A stretch of 64,000 nucleotides of DNA, from NCBI GenBank assembly GCA_044221625.1, contig JBGAOU010000016.1, positions 12,709-76,708 of the forward strand, in the 5' to 3' direction. Every line of letters starts with the position of its first letter. The first letter of the stretch is position 1. Of the stretch, positions 19,798 to 28,950 are shown in pieces. The notes beneath the pieces were generated by a model. The model worked only from the letters and a program-made list of their open reading frames with translations, had not been told where the DNA came from and searched no databases. The translations under genes were made by a program, and so were the position numbers. Source of the DNA: Pyrinomonadaceae bacterium. GTDB taxonomy: Bacteria > Acidobacteriota > Blastocatellia > Pyrinomonadales > Pyrinomonadaceae.

Positions 19798-20682
19798 ATG
19801 TGTTTCCATTTTCACAGAGGCGGTTGTTTGCTGATAGCCGGCACAATTCTCAGCGTGGCTTTTGGATGCTCGACCGTTTCGCCTAAGAATGGTTTGGAGA
19901 CGGGGCCTGTCGCCAATTCCGTTTCATCCAATTCAGCCGAAGCGGTAAAAAGCAACGGCGGAGCTAAGATCACGATCGACCCGAACGGGCCCGCGGATAC
20001 CGTGCGCGTCTTTTATAAGTACCTGCGTGAGAAGAAGTTTCGCGAGGCGATCTTTCTCACAAACCTGCGGCCGGCGGTCGAGGGACTGACTGAAGCAGAA
20101 CTCGGAGAGTTTGCGGTCGATTTTGAGGCACTGGCCGGACAGATTCCCGCCGAGGTACAGATCAACGGCGAGATCATCAGCGGTGATCAGGCGACTGTTA
20201 CCGCCAACTTGCCCGATCCGGACGAAGACGGCAAAAACTCGATCCAGGAGATCAAGCTCAAACGCTCAGGCGACGTTTGGATCATCCAGACGGTCGACGA
20301 GGCCGCCGCGGCAAAAATAAAAAAGGACGGCAAATCATACTTCTTCAACCTGCGGATCGAAACCCACGAGGAAGAGGCGAAGAAGATGCTCGAACGAATA
20401 TCGAAAGCTCAGCTTGCCCACTCGCTCCAAAACGGCGGAGTGTTTACCGATATGGCGACCCTGGTCGCCGCCGGCCTCTTGCCCGATGATGTCGCTTCCA
20501 GTGCGTCGACCGGATATAATTACGCGATCAAGGTTGATGAAAACAAGATCAGCTATTTTGCCACGGCGACTCCCGAAACCTACGGAAAAACCGGCCGGCT
20601 CTCTTTTCTGCTCCAACTCGACGGAAAGGGCATCTCGCACGTGACGAGCAGGGACACGCGCGGCCAGCCGATGAAAAAATAG
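19798..20682 (+). CDS. lipoprotein, hypothetical
   Basis: Lipobox-like LSVAFGCS after a hydrophobic N-terminus. No family recognised. Confidence 0.55.
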   Translation: MCFHFHRGGCLLIAGTILSVAFGCSTVSPKNGLETGPVANSVSSNSAEAVKSNGGAKITIDPNGPADTVRVFYKYLREKKFREAIFLTNLRPAVEGLTEAELGEFAVDFEALAGQIPAEVQINGEIISGDQATVTANLPDPDEDGKNSIQEIKLKRSGDVWIIQTVDEAAAAKIKKDGKSYFFNLRIETHEEEAKKMLERISKAQLAHSLQNGGVFTDMATLVAAGLLPDDVASSASTGYNYAIKVDENKISYFATATPETYGKTGRLSFLLQLDGKGISHVTSRDTRGQPMKK

Positions 20683-20785
20683 TTCCATTGTAAAAAAATG
20701 CGCAAACTGTTTTGATTTAGGTGTACTATTGCATTTAGATGGTCTATAAATAGGTTCTTGATCTTGGGGGCACAGTTCAAACTTA

Positions 20786-21250
20786 ATGATCAGAAAGCTA
20801 ATCTCGAGACTAAACCGCTCGTTGTCGGAAAAGATGGTTCCGCCGCGCCGGCGATATACCGCACCGGTAAAGGTTTGGTTCGATCCCGACATCAATTCCG
20901 AACGGCACCGTGCCGCCGCGATGAGCCGATGCATTATCGGCGAGACGGTCGATATGAGCAGGTCGGGTGTCGGCTTTTTGTCACCATCGATCCGGATCAG
21001 TGAAAAATACCTGGTCGGACATGAACGCCGTTTAAATATCGAGATCGATCTGCCGAACGGAAAAGTGCGAATTTTGGCGATCGGCAAACGCTACAAAAAG
21101 GGCGGAGCCGGAGCCACCGATGACCGCTTTCTGATCGGAGCGGAGATCATCGGATACGAGCCGGGCAGCGAAGAAGCGTATCTGCATTTTTTGAAGCACG
21201 GCCGTCGTTCCCGAAAGGCCGCCGGAGCGCTCGAACTGGGGATCGACTAG
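20786..21250 (+). CDS. PilZ domain protein
   Basis: PPRRRYTAPV (RxxxR) and DMSRSGVGF (DxSxxG) at the spacing expected for c-di-GMP-binding PilZ domains. Confidence 0.65.
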   Translation: MIRKLISRLNRSLSEKMVPPRRRYTAPVKVWFDPDINSERHRAAAMSRCIIGETVDMSRSGVGFLSPSIRISEKYLVGHERRLNIEIDLPNGKVRILAIGKRYKKGGAGATDDRFLIGAEIIGYEPGSEEAYLHFLKHGRRSRKAAGALELGID

Positions 21251-21273
21251 GTCGACCAATCTTTATCAACGCG

Positions 21274-21301
21274 GCGCAGGTTTTACAGCCTGCGCTTTTT
21301 T
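21274..21301 (+). terminator. rho-independent terminator after PilZ gene
   Basis: GCGCAGG - 8-nt loop - CCTGCGC followed by TTTTTT. Confidence 0.75.
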
Positions 21302-21332
21302 GTTTCCCGCGATCGCGAGTATATTAGTTCAA

Positions 21333-22421
21333 ATGTCAAACATCATTGGAATCGGCATTATCGGCACGGGCTTTGCCCGAAAGGTTCAAATACCGGCCTT
21401 CCTGCATTGTGAAGGCGTGCAGATCGCGTCGGTCGCCAGTTTCCGGCTCGAAAACGCTCGAGCCGCCGCACTCGAGTCGGCGGCCGGCCACTACACAGAT
21501 GACTGGCGGCAAACGGTCGATCGCGATGACGTCGATCTCGTTTGCATCACTACGCCGCCGCCGGATCATCGCGAAATGACGCTTTTCGCGATCGAACGCG
21601 GCAAACACATTCTGTGCGAAAAGCCGATGGCGATGAATGTCGCCGAGGCGGCCGAAATGACCGCTGCCGCCGCACTATCAGCGAAGCTCGCGTTGATCGA
21701 TCACGAACTGAGATTCCAGCCGGGTCGTCAGGTCGCGTACAAGATGCTTCGTGACGGTGCGATCGGCAAGATACGTCACGTCAAATCATTTTTCCAGGCA
21801 CCGCACCGCGGCGATCCGACGCTAGCATGGAATTGGTGGTCCGATGCCGCTGCGGGCGGCGGAGCACTTGGTGCTATCGGGTCGCATGTCATCGATTCGC
21901 TTCACTGGTTCCTCGGCACCGAGATCAGCTCGGTTGACTGCCATCTTCAGACCGATATTAAAGAGCGTCGTGATGCCGCGGGCGAAATGCGGGCGGTGAC
22001 AAGTGACGATAGCAGTTATCTGCTGCTAAAACTGGCCGACGGCGAACTAACCGAAGGGGCAAGCGGACTCGCCTCTATCTCGATGACCGAAGGCCCGCGA
22101 TATATGAATCGCGTTGAGTTTTACGGCACCGGCGGAGCGATGCGGGTCGACCATCTCGGCGAGGTGTTCGTCGCGAGATCGGGCGCCGCCGATTGGGAAA
22201 TTGTCCCGACCGACCTCGGCATACATCTGCCTGGTATGCCCGACACCGGATTTGCTCGCGGGTTCATGGAGATCGCCCCCAAGATCGTCAATGCTATCCG
22301 GACGGGAAGTGCCGAGATCGAGCACGCCGCCACATTTGCCGACGGCCTGCGGGTCCAAAGGGTGCTCGATGCGGCCCGCGAGTCTGACCGAACCGGCAGA
22401 CGAATATCGATCGGAGAATAA
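21333..22421 (+). CDS. Gfo/Idh/MocA family oxidoreductase
   Basis: N-terminal Rossmann IGIGIIGTGFARKVQIPAF and the LCEKPMA motif. ORF 21300 trimmed to ATG 21333. Confidence 0.8.
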   Translation: MSNIIGIGIIGTGFARKVQIPAFLHCEGVQIASVASFRLENARAAALESAAGHYTDDWRQTVDRDDVDLVCITTPPPDHREMTLFAIERGKHILCEKPMAMNVAEAAEMTAAAALSAKLALIDHELRFQPGRQVAYKMLRDGAIGKIRHVKSFFQAPHRGDPTLAWNWWSDAAAGGGALGAIGSHVIDSLHWFLGTEISSVDCHLQTDIKERRDAAGEMRAVTSDDSSYLLLKLADGELTEGASGLASISMTEGPRYMNRVEFYGTGGAMRVDHLGEVFVARSGAADWEIVPTDLGIHLPGMPDTGFARGFMEIAPKIVNAIRTGSAEIEHAATFADGLRVQRVLDAARESDRTGRRISIGE

Positions 22422-22427
22422 CCGCCA

Positions 22428-23600
22428 ATGCGAAAGGCTATCAAGATCTTCGCGGCGGTGTCCGCGGTCGTGACCATCTTGTTCGTCATCTTCTTTTTCT
22501 CTTTCGCCGCTTCGGTGACCGAGCGCATGTTGAACCCGGTCATAAACAAACCGCCGTACACGGTCAGCCAACGGGCAGCAAAGCTCCATGAGACGTTGTT
22601 TGTCGCCGATATGCATGCCGATTCGCTCTTGTGGGCCCGCGACATTAACGCCAACGCCGCTGTCGCACAGGTCGATGTACCAAAGCTCGTCCGCGGCAAC
22701 GTCGCTCTTCAGGCGTTCACGGTAGTTACGAAAACGCCCCGCGGTTTGAATATCGAGCGCAATGACGACTCGACCGACAACATCCTTTTGCTCGCTCTCG
22801 CACAGCGTCAGCCTTTCGAAAACCTTTCCAGCCTGACCAAGCGGGCACTGTGGCAGGCCGGACGGCTGCACGAGTACGCTGCGGCGTCCGGCGGTGCACT
22901 GACGGTCATCGAAAACAAGCGCGATCTCGCGGCATTTGTCGAACGCCGTAAAACCCGGAAGGCCGTCGGCGGTTGGCTGGGCATCGAGGGTGCTCACGCA
23001 CTCGACGGCGATCTGAACAACCTCGACGCGTTTTATGCCGCCGGTTTCAGGATGATCTCGCCGACACACTTTTTCGACAATGACATTGCCGGCTCGGCCC
23101 ACGGCATCGAAAAATACGGCCTTACGGACAAAGGCCGTGAGTTCGTCCGGCGGATGGAGGCAAAACGGATGTTCATCGACATCGCACACGCCTCGCCAAA
23201 GACCATCGACGACATTCTCGCGGTTGCGACGCGACCGGTGGTCGTTTCTCATACGGGCGTCAAGGGCACCTGTGACAACAACCGCAACCTTTCGGACGAT
23301 CAACTGCGGCGGGTCGCGGCGACCGGCGGCGTTATCGGCATCGGATTTTGGGACACCGCCATTTGCGGCACCGATGCTGCGGCGATCGCCCGGGCGATAA
23401 AGTACGCTGCGTCCAAAGCCGGTGTCGAACACGTCGCCCTCGGCTCTGATTTCGACGGTTCGGTCAAGGTGCCCTTTGACGCGAGCGGCGTGCCGCTGAT
23501 CACCGACGCGCTGATCGCCGAGGGGTTCAGCGACAATGACATCGCACTCATAATGGGCGGTAATGTCCTCAGGCTTTTGTCGGAATATTTGCCTGAATGA
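22428..23600 (+). CDS. membrane-anchored dipeptidase (M19, renal dipeptidase family)
   Basis: N-terminal TM segment, then ADMHADSLLW, VSHTGV and LGSDFDGS motifs of M19. Confidence 0.8.
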   Translation: MRKAIKIFAAVSAVVTILFVIFFFSFAASVTERMLNPVINKPPYTVSQRAAKLHETLFVADMHADSLLWARDINANAAVAQVDVPKLVRGNVALQAFTVVTKTPRGLNIERNDDSTDNILLLALAQRQPFENLSSLTKRALWQAGRLHEYAAASGGALTVIENKRDLAAFVERRKTRKAVGGWLGIEGAHALDGDLNNLDAFYAAGFRMISPTHFFDNDIAGSAHGIEKYGLTDKGREFVRRMEAKRMFIDIAHASPKTIDDILAVATRPVVVSHTGVKGTCDNNRNLSDDQLRRVAATGGVIGIGFWDTAICGTDAAAIARAIKYAASKAGVEHVALGSDFDGSVKVPFDASGVPLITDALIAEGFSDNDIALIMGGNVLRLLSEYLPE

Positions 23601-23785
23601 CCCACACCTGCAAAATACCTTTTCAAAATGGCCCGTGATAATTGTATAATCGCGCCAACGACCTCCGGAGTTCATGGTCAGGCCGCTGCGGCGGTACGGC
23701 CGATCAGGATCCATACTTACAGACCCATTGGCAAGAATAGTGTGTTTGGCTATATAGCCGGACGCTCGTGTTCCAGGAGCATTTG

Positions 23786-26700
23786 ATGAAAAAGTTTTTA
23801 GCATTGTTCGGTTTGATCGTCCTTGTTTTAGTCGCGGCGGCCGCGGTATTCCTGCCGCTCGAAAGTTCCGAAGCTCAATCCGAGCTCGGTGTTGATCCGG
23901 CCGAACCCGATATGCCCCGCATTTGGGACAGATCGCGTTCGACCTTCGGCAAGGAAGAGTTCCTAATGGAGCGGGCAGACGCATTTGCCATAAAGCGCGG
24001 CATCATTGACGGCAAACTCCCCGATCCGGGACTCAGGTCGGCGGCGGTCCGGAAAATGGCCAATCAGGAGGCCGCACGTGACCGCATGCCGGACTCATTT
24101 GAGAAAGGTGCATTGCTTGCCGCCTGGAACCCGATCGGGCCCAATCCGATCCCGAATGGATCATTTCCCTGGTCGGGCCGCGTGATCTCGATAGCCGTTC
24201 ATCCGACCAATCCGAACATCGTTTATGTCGGCGCCGCACAGGGAGGGCTTTATCGTTCGACCGACGGCGGTACCAATTGGACCGCATTGATGGACAACGC
24301 TCAGAGCCTCGCGATCGGTGCGATCGCCATCTCGCCGTCACAGCCCGAAACGATTTACATCGGTACCGGCGAACCAAACTTCTCATCGGACAGCTTTTTC
24401 GGCGTCGGCATCTACCGCATCGACAACGCCAGCACGACTGCCAACATCTCGGGCCCGTTCAATAAGACGGCGGCAAATGCCGACATCTTTACCGGCCGCG
24501 GTATCGGCGAGATCATCGTCCACCCGACCAACCCCAACGTCATATTCGCCGCCTCGACCTCGGGCGTCGGCGGCATCTCGGGCTCGGCAAACAACGTTTT
24601 GCCGTCACGCGGCATTTACCGTTCGGACAACGCTGCCGGAGCGACACCGACATTTACCAAAATGACGGGGCTCGCGGCTAACGCCAACGCCAGCGTCCGC
24701 GATCTCGCGATCGACCCTAATGACCCGAATATCCTTATCGCCAATGTCATCATCGGCGGCGGAACCGGCGGCATTTACCGCTCGACCAACGCGATGGCGG
24801 CCGACCCGGCGACGGCGACATTTACACTGGTCGAGGCATTTAACAGCACCTCGACGAGCGAGTTGACCGCCGAATTTGCCGCGATCCACCCGGTCGGGAA
24901 CGCCGATGCGACGTTCTACGCCGCTACTGGAAATCTCGGCGGCCGTGTGTTGCGTTCGACCAACGGCGGAGCGACCTGGGTCCAGCAGATCGATAATAAT
25001 TTCTGTACGCCGCAGTGCTTTTACGACATCGGCGTCGCGGTCGATCCGACCAACGCCGACAAGCTCTATCTCGCGGGTTCGCCGAACATGGTCATCGGAT
25101 TTTCGACCAACGCCGGAGTTTCGTTTACCAATTCGGGAGCGGGCGTTCACGTCGATTCCCATGCGATCGCCGTCGCACCGTCAGACCCGAACACGCTCTA
25201 CCTCGGTACCGACGGAGGTATCTACAAGTCGGTCAATGGGGCGTCGTCGCTGACATCGCTCAATAACAGCCAGTTCTTCGCGACACAGTTCATGGGCCTT
25301 TCGGTTCATCCGACCGATCCCAATTTCACCATCGGCGGCACACAGGACAACGGGACAAACTATTACAGCCCGACGGGTACATGGGCCCGTGTTGACGGCG
25401 GCGACGGCGGTTATACCGTCATCGATCAAAATGCCGCGGACACGACCAACGTCCGTATGTACCACACTTATTACAACTCGATCTCGGGTACCCTGGTCGG
25501 ATACGCGACCCGCGGCACAACATCGGCAAGCTGGGCATTCCGCGGGTGTAACGGTGCACCGGCCAACGGCATCAACTGTACGGACACCGCGGTGCTGTTT
25601 TACGCCCCGCTCGAGGCCGGCCCGGGCAATCCGAATACGATCTATTACGGCTCTGACCGCGTTTACCGGTCGAATGACACAGGCGTCAGCCATACGGTCG
25701 TCAGCCAGGCCCCGATCGAGTCGGGCGTGGCCGTCAGTGCCATCGGCATCTCGCCTCAGGATGATAATGTCCGTCTCGTCGGCCTCGCTAATGGCGGCAT
25801 TTACGGAACGACGACCGGTTCATCGACGCTCACCAATCTGGACCTCGGCGGCACGATCCCCAATTTCTTTATCGCACGTGCCGTTATCGACCCGAACAAC
25901 GTGAATACGGCGTATGTGACGATGTCGGGTTTCGGCTTTGCACAGGTTTACAAAACGACAAACCTTAACAGCGGCACGCCGACCTGGACGCCGGCTGCGG
26001 GTTCGGGCGGTAACGCACTTCCGCTCGTCCCGGTGAGCGGTTTTGTCATCGATCCGCTCGATTCCAACACGCTTTACGCGGGTACGGACATCGGCGTTTA
26101 CAAGTCGGCTGACGCCGGAGCGACATGGGCTCCGTTCGGTACCGGTTTGCCGCGGGTCGCCGTCTTTGACGTCGCGATCGCTCCGGGTTCGCCGCGAAAG
26201 CTGCGGATCGCGACGCACGGCAAGGGAATGTACGAGATCAGCCTCGCTACGGCACCGACGGTCCGTTCGCCGTTCGATTTTGACGGCGACAACAAGACCG
26301 ACATCTCGATCTTCCGTCCGGTACCGGGCGAATGGTGGTACTCCAAGAGCAGCAACGGCGGCAATGGCGCCGTTACATTCGGCTCGTCGTCCGACACGCT
26401 GACGCCGGCCGATTTTACCGGCGACGCCAAGACGGACATCGCATTTTTCCGTCCGTCGAGCGGCCTCTGGTACGTACTCAGGAGTGAAGACCTGACATTC
26501 TACGCGTTCCCGTTCGGTACGACCGGCGACGTTCCGGTCCCGGCGGATTACGACGGTGACAACAAGGCAGACGCGGCCGTTTACCGTCCGTCGGCCAATA
26601 CGTGGTACATCAGCAACTCGGGCGGCGGCACGACCATCACCGGATTTGGTGCGGCGGGCGACCTGCCCGTTCCGGCCGATTACGACGGCGACGGCAAGGC

Positions 26701-27091
26701 CGACATCGGCATATACCGTCCCGGCCCGGGCCAGTGGTGGATCCAGCGGAGCACGGCCGGCCTGGTCGCGGTGCAGTTTGGACAGACCGGCGACAAGACC
26801 GTTTCGGGCGACTACACCGGCGACGGCAAAGCGGACATTGCCTATTTCCGTCCGTCGACGGGCAACTGGACGATCCTCAGAAGCGAAGATTTTTCATTCT
26901 ACGCTTTCCCGTTCGGTACCACGGGCGATGTCCCGAGCCCGGGCGACTATGACGGCGACGGCAAGACCGACGCGGCCATTTTCCGTCCGTCAACGTCCAC
27001 CTGGTACGCCCAACGCTCGACTGCCGGAACTCTCATTCAGGCCTTCGGACAAGCGGGCGATATCGCGGTGCCGAATGCCTATGTTCGCTAA
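23786..27091 (+). CDS. secreted BNR/Asp-box repeat + FG-GAP/VCBS repeat protein (1101 aa)
   Basis: Signal peptide MKKFLALFGLIVLVLVAAAAV. Asp-box motifs YRSTDGGTNW, LRSTNGGATW and YKSADAGATW. Six C-terminal repeats follow the pattern D(Y/F)DGDGK(A/T)D..(F/Y)RP..G.W. Confidence 0.85.
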   Translation: MKKFLALFGLIVLVLVAAAAVFLPLESSEAQSELGVDPAEPDMPRIWDRSRSTFGKEEFLMERADAFAIKRGIIDGKLPDPGLRSAAVRKMANQEAARDRMPDSFEKGALLAAWNPIGPNPIPNGSFPWSGRVISIAVHPTNPNIVYVGAAQGGLYRSTDGGTNWTALMDNAQSLAIGAIAISPSQPETIYIGTGEPNFSSDSFFGVGIYRIDNASTTANISGPFNKTAANADIFTGRGIGEIIVHPTNPNVIFAASTSGVGGISGSANNVLPSRGIYRSDNAAGATPTFTKMTGLAANANASVRDLAIDPNDPNILIANVIIGGGTGGIYRSTNAMAADPATATFTLVEAFNSTSTSELTAEFAAIHPVGNADATFYAATGNLGGRVLRSTNGGATWVQQIDNNFCTPQCFYDIGVAVDPTNADKLYLAGSPNMVIGFSTNAGVSFTNSGAGVHVDSHAIAVAPSDPNTLYLGTDGGIYKSVNGASSLTSLNNSQFFATQFMGLSVHPTDPNFTIGGTQDNGTNYYSPTGTWARVDGGDGGYTVIDQNAADTTNVRMYHTYYNSISGTLVGYATRGTTSASWAFRGCNGAPANGINCTDTAVLFYAPLEAGPGNPNTIYYGSDRVYRSNDTGVSHTVVSQAPIESGVAVSAIGISPQDDNVRLVGLANGGIYGTTTGSSTLTNLDLGGTIPNFFIARAVIDPNNVNTAYVTMSGFGFAQVYKTTNLNSGTPTWTPAAGSGGNALPLVPVSGFVIDPLDSNTLYAGTDIGVYKSADAGATWAPFGTGLPRVAVFDVAIAPGSPRKLRIATHGKGMYEISLATAPTVRSPFDFDGDNKTDISIFRPVPGEWWYSKSSNGGNGAVTFGSSSDTLTPADFTGDAKTDIAFFRPSSGLWYVLRSEDLTFYAFPFGTTGDVPVPADYDGDNKADAAVYRPSANTWYISNSGGGTTITGFGAAGDLPVPADYDGDGKADIGIYRPGPGQWWIQRSTAGLVAVQFGQTGDKTVSGDYTGDGKADIAYFRPSTGNWTILRSEDFSFYAFPFGTTGDVPSPGDYDGDGKTDAAIFRPSTSTWYAQRSTAGTLIQAFGQAGDIAVPNAYVR
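26271..27088 (+). repeat. six tandem ~45-aa FG-GAP/VCBS-like coding repeats inside 23786..27091
   Basis: FDFDGDNKTDISIFRP.., ADFTGDAKTDIAFFRP.., ADYDGDNKADAAVYRP.., ADYDGDGKADIGIYRP.., GDYTGDGKADIAYFRP.. and GDYDGDGKTDAAIFRP... Units 2 and 5 are nearly identical (RSED.(T/S)FYAFPFGTTGDVP). Confidence 0.85.
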
Positions 27092-27135
27092 CTAGACTGG
27101 ATAACCACGGCCCCTAACGGCCGTAACGATCCGTA

Positions 27136-27168
27136 AAATGGCCGTGAGTTCAAAGCTCGCGGCCATTT
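27136..27168 (+). terminator. hairpin downstream of BNR/FG-GAP gene (weak terminator)
   Basis: AAATGGCCG - 15-nt loop - CGGCCATTT. Only a short T run follows. Confidence 0.4.
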
Positions 27169-27288
27169 GTCGTATCACGCTGCGGAGCAGATCAAAACGC
27201 CGGTCTGCGTACCTGGCAGGCCCAAACAGATTGAAATTAACGTCCGGAGCAGTTGTGCCTGAGACTGAAAAGGCCGATCACCGGACAA

Positions 27289-27475
27289 TTTTTGCAAAAA
27301 ACTACGCGAAAATGCCCTAAAACTGTGCATTTTTGCGGGGAAATGGGCGCGTTTTGCACAAAAGGTCGACAATTTGTCGCCAAAACTGCGCAGTTTTGTA
27401 ATAAAACTCTATAGTTTTGCGGAAAACGCGCGCGTTTTGCGCGAAAAGTCGATAAAATCTTTGGAAAACTGCGCA
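27289..27475. repeat. array of phased A4/T4 tracts and TTTTGC-armed palindromes (non-coding)
   Basis: Perfect palindromes: TTTTTGCAAAAA (27289-27300), CAAAACTGCGCAGTTTTG (27381-27398) and AAAACGCGCGCGTTTT (27423-27438). Near-palindrome: AAAACTCTATAGTTTT (27403-27418). TTTTG(C/T) starts at 27290, 27331, 27352, 27394, 27415 and 27435, giving spacings of 41, 21, 42, 21 and 20. Confidence 0.8.
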
Positions 27476-27704
27476 ATAGATCGCCATTTTCATACGGTTT
27501 TTCGCAGATCGTGTTAAGCGCCGGAGTGTTTTTGAACGAGCTTCTAAACGAAGGTCAATGCCGCCGGTAATGAACTGCCGGGGCCGGATGACCGATGCTG
27601 CAAATTCGACTAAAACGCAGTCTTCTGAGGTGCGGTGTTTTCCCTTCTTAACGATCCCTCAAGATTGATGCCGTCAGCGGCAATTTATGATACGTTCAAA
27701 AACC

Positions 27705-27732
27705 TTGACAAAGATTCGAAAGAGCGTAGATT
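27705..27732 (+). promoter_or_regulatory. candidate sigma70-type promoter facing the island
   Basis: TTGACA (27705-27710), a 16-nt spacer, then TAGATT (27727-27732). It lies about 50 nt upstream of an AAGGAG-ATG at 27784. Confidence 0.35.
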
Positions 27733-27875
27733 GTTCGTATCAACCGACAACAACCAAGCGGCTCTAACCACACAAGGAGCAATATGCCCACATCCTCACG
27801 GCCCGACGGAGCAGGCGGTTTCCGGCCCGGGCGGTTCCCGCGTGCAAGTTCCTGACCAACTATCGCTGTCCAACA

Positions 27876-28938
27876 ATGTGGTGGAAGATCGGGATTGTTG
27901 CCTTTCTGGTCATTGGTGTTCGGGTGCCATCCTGAAATACCTTGACGACGATGCCAAGCGGCAAAAGCTGCTTCCGGCCAAAGGATCGCTCGGTACTTTC
28001 GAGCATCAATCCGTTCATCCCCGCACCGACGCCGACGCCGACGCCGCAGCTTTGAAAGAGTACATATACGCGGGCAGCCGAATGCTTCAGGTCGTGGACG
28101 CCAATGCCGCTGAGACGCCGCCCGCCGATCTGGCGTCTGGCGGCCTTCGAGCGGTGTCTGGTATGTGTACAACCTCGTGACGGCGGCGTGGACCTCGTAT
28201 GGGTGGGGCAACAGTTCCGGACATTCCGGTCAGGGCGACTTTGACGGTGACGGCAAGACGGACTTTGCGATCTACCGCCCGACAGACAACAACTGGTGGA
28301 TCACGACATCAGGTAACAGCAGCTACTACTCGACGTTTGGCCAGCGGCGATATTTCCGTCGAAGCGGATTATGACGGAGACGGCAGGACCAACATCGCCG
28401 TCTTCCGCCCGGGGACGACCAATGCCAATTGGTACGTCTATCAATCCTCGACAAGTTCGACCGTCCAGACGCAATACGGCCTCTCGACCGACAAGCCGGC
28501 ACCGGCTGACCTCGACGGCGACGGCAAAGCGGATATTACGGTCTGGCGTCTGAGCAAACGACCTTTACGCTTGAGTACTTGTACTACCACCCAATCGGCG
28601 GTAATGTCGTTCGCGGGCTACACGCTGACCTCGGGCGACAAGGTCGTCTCGGCCGACTTCGACGGCGACGGACGGGCCAATTACGCATTGCGCAATGGCT
28701 CAAGCTGGCTGATGCTCAACTCCGCCTTCGCCAACGACGGTCGCTCAACCGGAGGCGGCGACCAAATATCGATTACTTGTCCAGAACGACTTCGACGGCG
28801 ACGGCAAAGTCGGTACAAGCGTCTGGCGCGACTCGAACGGCCCTAAAAAATATACGCAAATCAGGCTCGGGGGCTCTCCGCGAAGAAGCCTGGGGCACAT
28901 CCGGCGATATACCCGTACCGGCACTCTGGAGAAGATAA
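27876..28938 (+). pseudogene. FG-GAP/VCBS repeat protein pseudogene (at least 5 frame breaks)
   Basis: Repeat consensus pieces lie in all three + frames. They include MWWKIGIVAFLVIGV (27876), GQGDFDGDGKTDFAIYRPTDNNWW (ORF 28165) and ADYDGDGRTNIAVFRPGTTNANWYVY / ADLDGDGKADITVWR / ADFDGDGRANYAL (ORF 28199). QNDFDGDGKVGTSVWRD is in the third frame and WGTSGDIPVPALWRR is in ORF 28579. Confidence 0.7.
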
Positions 28939-28950
28939 CGGAGGCACCCA

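Noticed and set aside
22047-23984. 645-aa minus-strand ORF spanning the oxidoreductase, dipeptidase and BNR genes
   Set aside because: It is antisense to three motif-supported + strand genes. The translation is Arg/Pro/Gly-rich low complexity, typical of shadow frames in GC-rich DNA.
27175-27476. Small minus-strand ORFs (65 and 79 aa) with internally repeated peptides
   Set aside because: Their repeats simply mirror the DNA palindrome and A-tract array. There is no RBS or coding-like composition.
27876-28938. Idea that the multi-frame FG-GAP region reflects a diversity-generating or programmed-frameshift mechanism
   Set aside because: There is no reverse transcriptase, template repeat or slippery heptamer nearby. 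Simple decay or assembly error is more parsimonious.
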